A stretch of 64,000 nucleotides of DNA from an uncultured Planctomycetaceae bacterium (GTDB lineage: Bacteria > Planctomycetota > Planctomycetia > Planctomycetales > Planctomycetaceae), in NCBI GenBank assembly GCA_963815195.1, contig CAWFGE010000008.1, forward strand, positions 160,001 through 224,000, written 5' to 3'. Position numbers and translations under genes: made by a program. Below are positions 22,073 to 31,246 of this stretch, in pieces. The notes under the pieces were generated by a model. The model searched no databases and was not told the DNA's origin. It worked only from the letters and a program-made list of their open reading frames with translations. Within the stretch, counting starts at the first letter, position 1. Every line of letters starts with the position of its first letter.

Positions 22073-22395
22073 AAATCCGAAACGCGAAATCCGAAATCCG
22101 AAAGAAATCCCAATGACCAAAATCCTAATGACCAAACGCCCGGCACTCGGGTCTGTTTTATCGTCTTCGCCACTTTTGCTGAAATGAATATTCCCCCACA
22201 AGATGTTGTGGTGCGTCCAGCGTGGCCTGCTCATGGCTTTGCAGAGCATGTCCTGGGATTTGAGAGCATCCCGCATGCTCACGCAAAGCCGTGAGCATGC
22301 CACCCAGACGAAGCACGAAATGCACCAAGGGTTTGGAGATTGGGGTTTCGATCATTCGAAATTGTTTCGGATTTCGAGATTAGGATTTCGAATTT
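22073..22395. repeat. Heptamer-based inverted repeat region (AAATCCG/CGGATTT type)
   Basis: AAATCCGAAACGCGAAATCCGAAATCCGAAAGAAATCCCAATGACC faces GTTTCGGATTTCGAGATTAGGATTTCGAATTT between convergent genes. Confidence 0.7.
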
Positions 22396-22402
22396 CCCCT
22401 CG

Positions 22403-23461
22403 TTACGGATAAACCTTCGTGCGGCGGCGCTCGGCGAGAAGGCTGAGAGCCAAATCCAGATTGTGGCGGGCTTCGGGATAGTGCCCGACGAGTTTGAGAG
22501 CCCGGCCGAAGGCGTCGATGGCGTCTTTCCACCGCTCCATTTCGAGATAGGCGTTGCCCAGGTTGTTCCAAGCCTCGGCGTAGCCGTCGTCCAGGTTCAA
22601 TGTCTTGAGAAACGCATCCCGCGCCTCGGCGAGCCGGCCCTGCGCATAAAGCGTGTTCCCCAAGTTGAAATACAGAATCGGATTGCCCGGTGCGATGGCG
22701 ATCGCGGTTTGATAGAGTTCCGCGGCCTCTGTGAGTCGGCCGTTCATTTCCGCCAAGAGCGCTTTCTCGAAAATCCGTCCGAGGTCGGCCGGGGCGGGGG
22801 GAATCTCGAAGGTGGCGTTCGTCTCCGGCGATTCGGAAAAATCGAAATACCGCTGCCCGTTGCCGTCCAGAAGCTGGCCGCGGTGCCGAATCAACAGCCG
22901 CCCGTGCTGCTCGATCCAATTCACTTCGGACACCGACTCCCCCGGCAGCCGATGTTGGTGCTTTCCCAATTCCCTGCGAATTTGGGCGATTGTGAAATCG
23001 GTTTCCGTCAGCCGCCACAAGCGTTTGGCCGTGGACAGGGCGGCGAAATTGAAAAACTCCAGCCGATGGATGACCTCAACCGGTTTGAGCAGCCCCCAGC
23101 GAACCCATTGGCGGAGCCGGGCGCTCGGCACTTGGAGCGTTCTCGCCAAATCCAAAAGCGTTAACCGGGACACGAGCGGTCCCCCGGCATCCAGATGCCC
23201 GGCGAGGCGATAGAACTCGCGTTCGGAAATTATCTGGAGGGCCGCCGTCTTCCGCAGTTCCCAGGCTTTGAGAAGGGCGCTCGAAGAGTCGGCACAGCCC
23301 TCGTCCCCAACGATGACATAGTCCGTTTGCCGATTGGGAACAGCGGCGCTCGGGCAGCCGAGTTCCCCGGCGAACTGGCGGAACTCCTTTTGCGACATCG
23401 CCGCAAACCGCCCGATGGGGCAGATCGTTTTTCCGGAAAGCGTGATCTCGGTATCCATCAT
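22403..23461 (-). CDS. BRCT + MerR-type HTH + TPR protein
   Basis: BRCT-like LSGKTICPIGRF..QTDYVIVG..IISEREF, HTH LTLLDLARTLQVPSARLRQWVRWGLLKP, and TPRs (YFNLGN, AWNNLGN, ARHNL). Confidence 0.8.
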   Translation of the reverse strand: MMDTEITLSGKTICPIGRFAAMSQKEFRQFAGELGCPSAAVPNRQTDYVIVGDEGCADSSSALLKAWELRKTAALQIISEREFYRLAGHLDAGGPLVSRLTLLDLARTLQVPSARLRQWVRWGLLKPVEVIHRLEFFNFAALSTAKRLWRLTETDFTIAQIRRELGKHQHRLPGESVSEVNWIEQHGRLLIRHRGQLLDGNGQRYFDFSESPETNATFEIPPAPADLGRIFEKALLAEMNGRLTEAAELYQTAIAIAPGNPILYFNLGNTLYAQGRLAEARDAFLKTLNLDDGYAEAWNNLGNAYLEMERWKDAIDAFGRALKLVGHYPEARHNLDLALSLLAERRRTKVYP

Positions 23462-23483
23462 CTCGAGTCAGCACGGGGATCCA

Positions 23484-25202
23484 TCAACCGGATTTCTTTT
23501 TGGTTTTCTTGGCCGCCTTGTCTTCCGCGTCTTGTGCGGACTTGGCCATTTTGCCCGCGGCTTTCTTTTTTGTGGCCTCGGCTTCGGTCGCGGCCTTTTT
23601 GGTTTTCGTTTTGGCGGGCTTCTTCTTGGCCGCGGGTTTTTTCGCGGCGGCTTTTTTCTTGGCGGGAGCCTTCGCGGCTTCCGCGGGTGTCACAGCAACC
23701 GGAGCGGGTTCCGCCGCAACGGTCGCCGGTTGGACCTTTGGCTCGTGGAGGTTCCAGCCCCGCTTTATATTCGCTTCCACGAGTTCATTCCACAAGTGCT
23801 CGATCTGCTCCAGCGAATCGGAAACCCGAATGTCGCGGGCCAGCGGGCTTTTGCGGTTGGGGCTGAAGTCGGTGTAATGCAGCACATAACCCGGGTAGTC
23901 TTCGTTCTCGTCCTTGTTGGTCTTCCACATCACGAACTTCCGCACCATGACTTCGCCCTTGGCTTCCTTGGTGTAAACCTCGCGCTGGAGCAGTTCGCTC
24001 TGGGGCAGAGTCAACTGCTTGGCGTCCCGGTCGGCGAGCGGCACATCGACGATCGCCGTGACCTGCTCGATGCGAATGTCCTGGCGGGTCGGCGTCTTGT
24101 CTTCCCGCCGGCGGATGAACTGCGGAGAGATCACCGACACCAAAGGCATCCGGCGGACGATGTGGTATTTGTCCGAACTATCGCGGTTCCAATCCAAGAC
24201 CATGCGGTGAATCGCCCCGCCCCGCGTGGTCTCCGCCACGAGATCCAGGCAACTGATTTCGATGACCCATTCCGGGCGGACCATCTGATAGGCGACGTGG
24301 TCGGAATTGATTTCCGCGTATTCGCTTTCGACGGTGATGTCTTTGAGGTCGCTCAAAAACTCCCGCCGTTGCTCTTCGGAAAACCCGCCGCCGACCCGCG
24401 TGAGAATCTGCAACGTCTCATCGCCCCGCCGAACCGCCAACAGCAAATCGTGGAGCATCCCCTCGCGGTCATCGACGGACTCGGTAAAGCCCACGACCAC
24501 CGCATCCAACGTATGCCGGGGTTTGATCTTGAACATGCCCGCCGTTTCGCTGCGGACGACCAGGCCTTCGCCGCCCTCCTCTTCGACCCACTGCTCGAAG
24601 AGTTTTTGGATGTCCTCGAGACCCACCGCTTCGCGGGCTTCCACCGGATGAATTTTCTCTCCGGCCGAAAACAATTCGCCGATGCGCTGCCACGTCGCGG
24701 CAAAGTCTTCGTCGGCCGGCTTGTCGTCCAGCGAGATCAGATCGAACACCGCGAACTGGAGCTGCGAAAGCTCGGCTTGGGACGCGGGGTTCCGGGCGAT
24801 CGAATTGACATCATGCACCCGCGGCCGGCGGTCGTTGCGGGCGACATATAGTTCGCCTGCGATCAGGGCTTCTTTGATCTTCGCTTTCGCGAACAGCTTC
24901 TCCGCCTCGGCGAGCCAAGGCAAGCCCGCGCGGACCGTGCCGCCGGGGTTGATGCAAAACGCCTGTCCCGCCCGGTACACGAGCACCGTGAACTCGCCGT
25001 CGATCTTCCGGCTCACGTGGTACTCGGCGGGCATGATTTTTTTGGTGATGTCCTGTTTTCCTAAGGGGGACATCCGCGCGCTCAGCCGCCGGCGGTAGTC
25101 CTGCACCCTCGGCAACAGGGACACATCGGCAATGGCCATCGACGTGCCCACGCCGTAAGAGCCGAGCTTGATTTCGAGGCGCGAGGGATCGAGAAGCGTC
25201 AT
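23484..25202 (-). CDS. ATP-dependent DNA ligase with C-terminal WGR-like domain and Lys/Ala-rich tail
   Basis: Motif I SRKIDG, III IAGEL, IIIa FAVFDL, IV EGLVVR, V FKIKP, OB fold (LDAVVVGF, VGGGF, RPEWVIE) and VI PQFIRRREDK. ATG 25202 overlaps the upstream stop (ATGA). Confidence 0.9.
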   Translation of the reverse strand: MTLLDPSRLEIKLGSYGVGTSMAIADVSLLPRVQDYRRRLSARMSPLGKQDITKKIMPAEYHVSRKIDGEFTVLVYRAGQAFCINPGGTVRAGLPWLAEAEKLFAKAKIKEALIAGELYVARNDRRPRVHDVNSIARNPASQAELSQLQFAVFDLISLDDKPADEDFAATWQRIGELFSAGEKIHPVEAREAVGLEDIQKLFEQWVEEEGGEGLVVRSETAGMFKIKPRHTLDAVVVGFTESVDDREGMLHDLLLAVRRGDETLQILTRVGGGFSEEQRREFLSDLKDITVESEYAEINSDHVAYQMVRPEWVIEISCLDLVAETTRGGAIHRMVLDWNRDSSDKYHIVRRMPLVSVISPQFIRRREDKTPTRQDIRIEQVTAIVDVPLADRDAKQLTLPQSELLQREVYTKEAKGEVMVRKFVMWKTNKDENEDYPGYVLHYTDFSPNRKSPLARDIRVSDSLEQIEHLWNELVEANIKRGWNLHEPKVQPATVAAEPAPVAVTPAEAAKAPAKKKAAAKKPAAKKKPAKTKTKKAATEAEATKKKAAGKMAKSAQDAEDKAAKKTKKKSG

Positions 25203-25910
25203 GACTGGGGCTCCGTCGGGGCTTTGAGTTCCAGGTTGGAGAGGTGCAAGATCAAGCAATAGTCTTCGCCGGCGGTCCGGCCTTCCAAGAAGCCGCGGTA
25301 AGGCGAGCCGCCGCGCTGGAGGATCAGGGGCTGATTGGACTTCGGCCCCGCCCCCACGAGCATCACGCTCTGTTTCTCTTCGAGCTCCTTGGCCATCCCG
25401 TAGAGAAAGTCATAGGTGAGGCCGTTGATGTGCACGAGCTGCAGCTTGTTGACGATCACAAACCGCCGGATGGCGTCGGCTTTCTTGATGAGCACCCCGG
25501 ACCATTTCAAAGGCGACTCGCCGGCCATGTTGGGGACGGCGACCTGCTTCGGCTGGCGGGACCGTTCGGAGCCGTCGGGGTTGCGGACGATCTCCCAGCG
25601 TTCGACGCGGTGCACGATCTTTCCGTCGGGATCGATAAACACGCGGGACGTGTCCTTCAAGAACCGCCCGGTGTTTTCCAGGTCCACTTCGGGATCGGTG
25701 TCGATCAACAATTGGGAGAGGATCGCGAGGTCCTCGTGCGCTTTCATCGAGCGCATCGATGTCGCGGTTCCGCGGGGATTTGAGAACGCGGACGGTCGAG
25801 GCTTGCCGGCCTTCGTCGTCCACCCAGCGGACCTGCTGCCTGACATTGACGCTGGCCGCCACGACCACGGCATCGCGGCCTTTGCTGTTGCTGATATTGA
25901 TTTCGCCCAC
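25199..25910 (-). CDS. Divergent Ku-like protein B (apparent 1-nt insertion near 25750)
   Basis: GTG 25910 (MGEINISNSKGRD..) joins MKAHEDL..LHLSNLELK. The pattern of hydrophobic and secondary-structure elements parallels the bacterial Ku core by eye. Confidence 0.55.
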
Positions 25911-25952
25911 GGCGGTTTTCCCCTGTTGGGAGCATTCGAGAAAAGTTCGATC

Positions 25953-26003
25953 ATTAGCCGCAGGGCGGTGCCACCCTGCGGGCGGTGCCACCCTGCGGCT
26001 AAT
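25953..26003. repeat. REP-like palindrome (family B)
   Basis: ATTAGCCGCAGGG...CCCTGCGGCTAAT; related copies at 27711-27784 and around 28214/28712. Confidence 0.75.
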
Positions 26004-26007
26004 GAAA

Positions 26008-26625
26008 TTAAATCATGCCGAAGTCCATCAGGTCTTCGCTTTCCTCCGTGGTTTCTTCTTCCTCTTCGTTGAGTCCCTGCGATTCGCCCAAGCCGACGTA
26101 TTGCAGCCGGGCTTCGCTGCCGATCGCCAGAAACACATGGCCGTCCTGGCCCATCAACAGGAACGCGGCGTCGGCTTCCAAACCGCCGCGGTAGCTGAAG
26201 TCGAAGGCGAAGATCGTCCCTTTCTTCAGCTCCGCCAGGAGCGGGTCCGCGGGATCGACGGCTTCCATCATGTAGACCGACCGCAGGTTGTGATTGAGGT
26301 ACGTCTCCGCATCGACCGAGCCGGCCAGTTCGATCGGTGCATCGAACGACGAGGGCACTGGCTGGATTTCGTGGCCTTCCAGGTCGATGGGCTTGAGGGA
26401 TTTCTTTTCGCACCAAAGCCCGGTCGCCGAGCGGTAACCGAACCCGGTGCCGCCGCGGCCGATGAGCGTGCAGCCGTCGTCCGCGAGGGTGGCGAGTTCG
26501 CAAGCCCGGCCCTCTTCGTCGCGGACCTCCGTTTCCTTAAAACCGTAAAGCTTCTCGCGATCCACCTTTTGCATCTCAAACGCAAACGTGGCCTCGCCGA
26601 ATTGGAAAGTCAGTTGCCTGGGCAT
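26008..26625 (-). CDS. Divergent Ku-like protein A with acidic C-terminal tail
   Basis: LTFQFGEATFAFEM, GFGYRSATGLW, PIELAGSVDAETY..VYMME and LLAELKKG..FSYRGG..AAFLL match, in order, the Ku core segments I recall from mycobacterial Ku. Confidence 0.6.
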   Translation of the reverse strand: MPRQLTFQFGEATFAFEMQKVDREKLYGFKETEVRDEEGRACELATLADDGCTLIGRGGTGFGYRSATGLWCEKKSLKPIDLEGHEIQPVPSSFDAPIELAGSVDAETYLNHNLRSVYMMEAVDPADPLLAELKKGTIFAFDFSYRGGLEADAAFLLMGQDGHVFLAIGSEARLQYVGLGESQGLNEEEEETTEESEDLMDFGMI

Positions 26626-27127
26626 TGCGTGGTCCCGCAGGATTGGAGAAGAGCCGAAAGGGATGTGCCACCCAAATATGCGCGGGAATTTTCGACCGGG
26701 ACCGGAGTCTTCGCCGACCTCGTGAAAAATTCCCGGAACCGCGCCGCCAAACTCCGCACAGCCCGCAAAAAGGGACTTGGTCCCGCGAATCCAAATTCAA
26801 GCAGGACCCGGGGTTATCGTCGGCTGGGAAAGTTTGCCGGCGGATGCGGGGAAATCTCAAAAAAATACTCTGGGATTTCCTGATTCCGCCGGTGGAGCGC
26901 GGGGGATTTCAACAATTTATGCACAACGCGCCCACCCCGGAAAATCGACGTGAAATTCCTGAACCGTCGCGTGAGCCAATACTTAGGACGCGAACCGTGC
27001 TGTGTTTGAAAAAATCGCGCTCGGCGATCCATCCCGGGCGGTAAACTCAAGGTGGGACGGAACTGCGCATCGAAGCGGGTTTGCAAAGGAGGCGTTTTCA
27101 GCGGCGTGTGATTGATCGGCGGGAAGC

Positions 27128-27715
27128 ATGTCTCCGGATGGCGTGGCGATTTTTTTGCGAGACCACCAGGGCGAAGAGCAGCCGGTGGAGTTCACCTGGG
27201 GCACCGACGCCGCCAGCATCGAGCGGGTTTGGGACGCGGCCGTGAAAAAACTGTCGGCAAAAGACGCCGACGAACTCCGCCGCGAAGGGTATTACGCCCG
27301 GCTCGTGTCGTTGACGGCGCTGGCCTCGGAAGACATCGGCCAGCCGGACTTCATCGAGACCTGCCTCCGCCAGGTCGAGGTTCTCGTGGACCGGGGCGAC
27401 TGCACGAGCCACGCGGGCAACGAAACGGTGACGCAATCCTTCCTGGAAGCCATCCTGGCCAGCGACCGGATCCTCGTGCCGCTGCCGGCGCATGCACCGG
27501 CGTTGCCGGAGTTCGCGGCGGATTATCTGGATTGCCTCGACGCGGGCGATGTCGAGTTGCCGTTGTATTTCGTGCTGCAAGAACGCACGCCGACCCATGC
27601 GATTTATGCGGTCCAGGAATGGGAACCGCCCCGGCCGCGGTTGGGAAAGATGGCTCCCTCGCGGCAAGGTTTGGAACGCGCCCGGCATGCCCAAAGCTCG
27701 GTTGAATATCATTAG
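27128..27715 (+). CDS. Hypothetical acidic protein
   Basis: 195-aa ORF with host-like codon usage, divergent from the Ku-like operon. Confidence 0.65.
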   Translation: MSPDGVAIFLRDHQGEEQPVEFTWGTDAASIERVWDAAVKKLSAKDADELRREGYYARLVSLTALASEDIGQPDFIETCLRQVEVLVDRGDCTSHAGNETVTQSFLEAILASDRILVPLPAHAPALPEFAADYLDCLDAGDVELPLYFVLQERTPTHAIYAVQEWEPPRPRLGKMAPSRQGLERARHAQSSVEYH

Positions 27716-27859
27716 CCGCAGGGCGTTCGCCCCGGTGGCCAGATTCGCGAAGCCAGGAGCCGGGGCGAGCGCCCTGCGGCTGATGATTTCCAATTCAACC
27801 CAAGGCGCGAACCGCTACGACGGGCGCGGGACATTCTTTCCGGGCGTGTTGGGCGACTT

Positions 27860-28231
27860 ATGCCGCGATTCGTGATTTTAACGCACGATCATCCCCATTT
27901 GCATTGGGACTTGATGTGGGAAGAGCCACGCCGGGAAAAGCTGCGCAGCTTTCGATTGGAGCAGCCCCCGGCGGAGGGCATTCTCATCCGGGCCGAGGCC
28001 TTGTCCGATCATCGCGTGGCCTATTTGGATTACGAAGGTCCCGTGAGCCGGAACCGGGGCGAAGTCAAACGCTGGGACTGGGGAGACGTGGAGTCGCTCG
28101 CCGACACGAGCGAAGAAATCTCACTGCGGCTCTTGGGCCGGCGGATTGCGGGGACCGCGGTGTTGACCCAGAACCGCGAGACGGGCTGGACCTTGCGCTA
28201 CATTCCGGATTCATTAGCCGCCGGGCGCTAG
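27860..28231 (+). CDS. Stand-alone LigD 3'-phosphoesterase (PE/LigD_N) domain protein
   Basis: RFVILTH..LHWDLM, LRSFRL, DHRVAYLDYEGPV..RGEVKRWDWG match the LigD PE signature (H, HxD, DH..Y..EG, WD.G). Confidence 0.85.
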   Translation: MPRFVILTHDHPHLHWDLMWEEPRREKLRSFRLEQPPAEGILIRAEALSDHRVAYLDYEGPVSRNRGEVKRWDWGDVESLADTSEEISLRLLGRRIAGTAVLTQNRETGWTLRYIPDSLAAGR

Positions 28232-28232
28232 C

Positions 28233-28649
28233 CTGGGCTGTTAAAAAATTGGTATTGAAGTCTAAAAACGCGGGTTCTGGCTTGCGCCACCTGTGTTCTC
28301 GGCTTTTTTTGGAAAGCATGAGGGCCGAAGGCCCGGCTCTCTGTCAGCCCCGGGCAAGCGCAGCGCCGCCCTGGGTTACGGATGATCAATGAAGCGCGAG
28401 CCCCAAGGGGGCGGCCCGATGTGGCAACTCTCGCCACGGAACAAGGCAATTGCGGATTTCCGATTTCGGGCCGCCCCGTTGGGGCTTCGGCATTTTGTTC
28501 GTTCCCGTTCCCAGGGCTTCGCCCCTGGGAACTGACATAGGGCCGGACCTTCGGTCCTTTTTCTCAAATTTGAAACAGTTGAATTTACGAACGGTCAAAA
28601 AGCTGCGCAAAGACAAATCGTCGTCAAGTCCAAATTTTTAACAGCCCAG
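28233..28649. mobile_element. MITE-like non-coding element
   Basis: 20-bp terminal inverted repeats with one mismatch (CTGGGCTGTTAAAAAATTGG / CCAAATTTTTAACAGCCCAG), internal palindromes and no credible ORF. Confidence 0.7.
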
Positions 28650-28711
28650 CGAAAGCCCCGGTTTTGTTTTTTTCGCGGCGCACCAACCGGATGCCAGCGC
28701 GTTCCGGCTGA

Positions 28712-29449
28712 TCAATCCGCCGCTTGCGGGGTTAGGGTTTGCGCGGTCTTGGGGTAATTGGGCGTATTCGCAAATTGCGGCTTGCGATCTTTCTGGTGCC
28801 CGCGGATTTGCAGTTGGCCTTCTTCGAGCGTCAGCGAATCGACGACGGGCGTCTTGGATTTCTGGCGGTTCAAATTGATGACGACCACATCGTTGCCGTG
28901 GGAGTGGTTCCAACTCACGTCCCAGCCCGCGGCGACCATTTCTTTCGTGAGCTCGTGGAGCATGTCCTCCAGCGGGATCGGCACGATGCCCGCGCGGATG
29001 GATTGGATCTCGATCGCCAACTGGTTCTCCTGGGCGATCCAAGGTTTCAGGTGCAGGCTGACGATGCCGTTCCATCCGTTCCGCTGCAAGCGAAACCCCA
29101 CCTGCAATCGGCCGTCGTGAATCGCGACCCGCGGATCGCTCACTCCTTCGGGGAGCAGGTTTTTGTATTTGTCCTGCTGCAGTTCCTCCACGAGCCAACT
29201 GTTGACTTCCTTTTGCTGGAACGTGGCCGACCATTCGTCGGAATGCTTGAGGTTGTTGACGAAGTTCGTCGTTTGCTGGACCATCTTCTTGGCGGCCTGC
29301 TGCCGTTCCTTCTGATCGCGGGGAACGCTTTCGGAGGCTTGCGCATAGAAATCCGGCACGCGGAGCAAAGCCCAAAGCAAGGTGCCCGCCGCCCCCACCA
29401 CAATCAAAAACGCCGCCACGCCAAGCAGGATCCACTTTTTACGCTGCAT
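28712..29449 (-). CDS. Hypothetical N-terminally membrane-anchored protein
   Basis: Basic residues then a TM helix (WILLGVAAFLIVVGAAG..VPDFY), EVNSWL and RAGIVPIP. Confidence 0.75.
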   Translation of the reverse strand: MQRKKWILLGVAAFLIVVGAAGTLLWALLRVPDFYAQASESVPRDQKERQQAAKKMVQQTTNFVNNLKHSDEWSATFQQKEVNSWLVEELQQDKYKNLLPEGVSDPRVAIHDGRLQVGFRLQRNGWNGIVSLHLKPWIAQENQLAIEIQSIRAGIVPIPLEDMLHELTKEMVAAGWDVSWNHSHGNDVVVINLNRQKSKTPVVDSLTLEEGQLQIRGHQKDRKPQFANTPNYPKTAQTLTPQAAD

Positions 29450-29746
29450 GTCATCGTCCCTCATGGGAAGAAAAGTTCTCAGGGCATGTGAGAGTTGGGG
29501 TGGATCACTCTTCCGGCAAATCAAATGCCGGGAACGCCCTGAACGCTCCAGTGAATCCTATGCCCGAAAAAAAAATGGGTCAATATGAGCTTTTCGCTGA
29601 CGACAAACGCTCATTAAGGGTTTTCACCAGCAATCCCGTGCTGGGAAATCCCAAATCCGAATCTCGCTGCATATCGGGCGTGCGTTTCATGAACGGGGTT
29701 TGTTTGCGCATGCTCATTGGGCGGGCGGATGTGATAAAATCGCGGT

Positions 29747-30469
29747 ATGAGCCCGATCGAACAACAGATCGCCGCCAATCTGGCGGACGTGGAGGAGCGG
29801 ATGGCGGCGGCGTGCGCGCGGGCCGGCCGCGAAAGGGATTCGGTCCAGCTCATCGCCGTCACAAAATACGCCGCTTGGGAATGGGTGGAAGCGCTTGTGG
29901 AGTTGGGCGTTCGGCGATTGGGGGAAAGCCGGCCGCAACAACTGATCGAACGCTCGGAGCGGTTGCCAGCCGATGCCGGCGTGGAATGGCATTTGATCGG
30001 CCATCTCCAGCGGAACAAAGTCCGGCCGATGCTCCCGCGCGTGGCGAGCATTCACTCGGTGGACGCGTTCAAGCTTCTGGATCGAATCGAGTTGATCGCG
30101 GGGGAGTTGAACTTCTCTCCGCGGTTGTTGTTGGAGGTGAATCTTTCAGGAGAAGCCTCGAAGGACGGGTTCTCGGCCAAGGAACTCCAAACCCGCGGGG
30201 AGGACTTGCTCAAATACTCCCAGGCCCGGATCACCGGCTTGATGACGATGGCCCCGCATACGGAGGACGAATCGGCCGTGCGCGCGGCGTTTCGGAACCT
30301 CCGCCGCCTGCGGGACGAATTGCAAAGGCAATCCGAAAGCCGGCTCCCACTGCCCGAGTTGTCAATGGGCATGAGCGGAGACTTTGAGATCGCGATTGAG
30401 GAAGGGGCGACGCACATTCGCATCGGCAGCCAGCTTTTCGAAGGCTTGGAATCCACCACGCCACCATAA
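29747..30469 (+). CDS. yggS: Pyridoxal phosphate homeostasis protein (YggS family)
   Basis: LIAVTK, WHLIGHLQRNK, GLMTM and LSMGMSGDFEIAIEEGATHIRIGS. Confidence 0.95.
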   Translation: MSPIEQQIAANLADVEERMAAACARAGRERDSVQLIAVTKYAAWEWVEALVELGVRRLGESRPQQLIERSERLPADAGVEWHLIGHLQRNKVRPMLPRVASIHSVDAFKLLDRIELIAGELNFSPRLLLEVNLSGEASKDGFSAKELQTRGEDLLKYSQARITGLMTMAPHTEDESAVRAAFRNLRRLRDELQRQSESRLPLPELSMGMSGDFEIAIEEGATHIRIGSQLFEGLESTTPP

Positions 30470-30479
30470 GGATCAGCCC

Positions 30480-30791
30480 ATGGACATCCCGGAATTGGAA
30501 GAGACCGCGGACGGCGTGCTCCTCCCGGTGCAGGCTCAGCCGCGGTCCCGGAAGAACGCCATCGCCGGCTGGCACGCGGGGCGGTTGAAGGTCTCGATCA
30601 CGCAGGTTCCGGAAAAAGGCAAAGCCAACCTGGCCCTCGCCAAACTGCTCGCCAAATCGCTGGGCATCAAACGCAGCCAAATCCGGCTGGTCTCCGGGGA
30701 GACCTCGCCGCAAAAAGTCTTCTCGATCACCGAGCATACCGCGGCCGAGGTGCTGTCGCGAATCTCCGCTGCGCTCGAGGAATCCGCGTAG
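30480..30791 (+). CDS. yggU: DUF167/YggU family protein
   Basis: VQAQPRSRKN, PEKGKAN and LVSGETSPQK; lies directly after yggS. Confidence 0.9.
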   Translation: MDIPELEETADGVLLPVQAQPRSRKNAIAGWHAGRLKVSITQVPEKGKANLALAKLLAKSLGIKRSQIRLVSGETSPQKVFSITEHTAAEVLSRISAALEESA

Positions 30792-30895
30792 GCAACTGCC
30801 TCGGCCTCCGTTTTTTTTGTCTTGTTCTGGATCGACCGGTTTTAACTGTTATCCTAGATTTGAATGTCGAACAAGATAACAACAGGGAGACGAAA

Positions 30896-31246
30896 ATGTT
30901 GGCAGCATCGGAAAACAGAAACCACGGTGCGGAGAAAGGATTCGATGTGGCGTTTCTGAAGTGCTCAGTCGAGCCCAGCGTCTTCCCCCATGAATTGGGA
31001 GTCTTTATCCAGGGGGTCAACCGTGATTATGAATCTCTCATCGATGCGGAACTGATTGAAGTCGATGGACAAACACACAAAGGGCGGGTAGAAATCGCAA
31101 TTATCCAGAGAAGCAAGGAGCAACATGCTCTTTTGGTGGAGCTTCCTCGCCAAGTTGTGATGGGTGGCCGTCGGATTTGGGTTCCGGAATCAGAAGTCGA
31201 ATATGAGCATTCTTTCACAAATAGTGATCAAAAAACTTCTGAGTGA
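30896..31246 (+). CDS. Small hypothetical beta-rich protein
   Basis: GGGAGA RBS; AT-richer sequence; overlaps the start of dcd. Confidence 0.65.
   Translation: MLAASENRNHGAEKGFDVAFLKCSVEPSVFPHELGVFIQGVNRDYESLIDAELIEVDGQTHKGRVEIAIIQRSKEQHALLVELPRQVVMGGRRIWVPESEVEYEHSFTNSDQKTSE

Noticed and set aside
22073..22395. CRISPR array
   Set aside because: Short degenerate heptamers in inverted arrangement, no repeat-spacer periodicity and no cas genes in the window.
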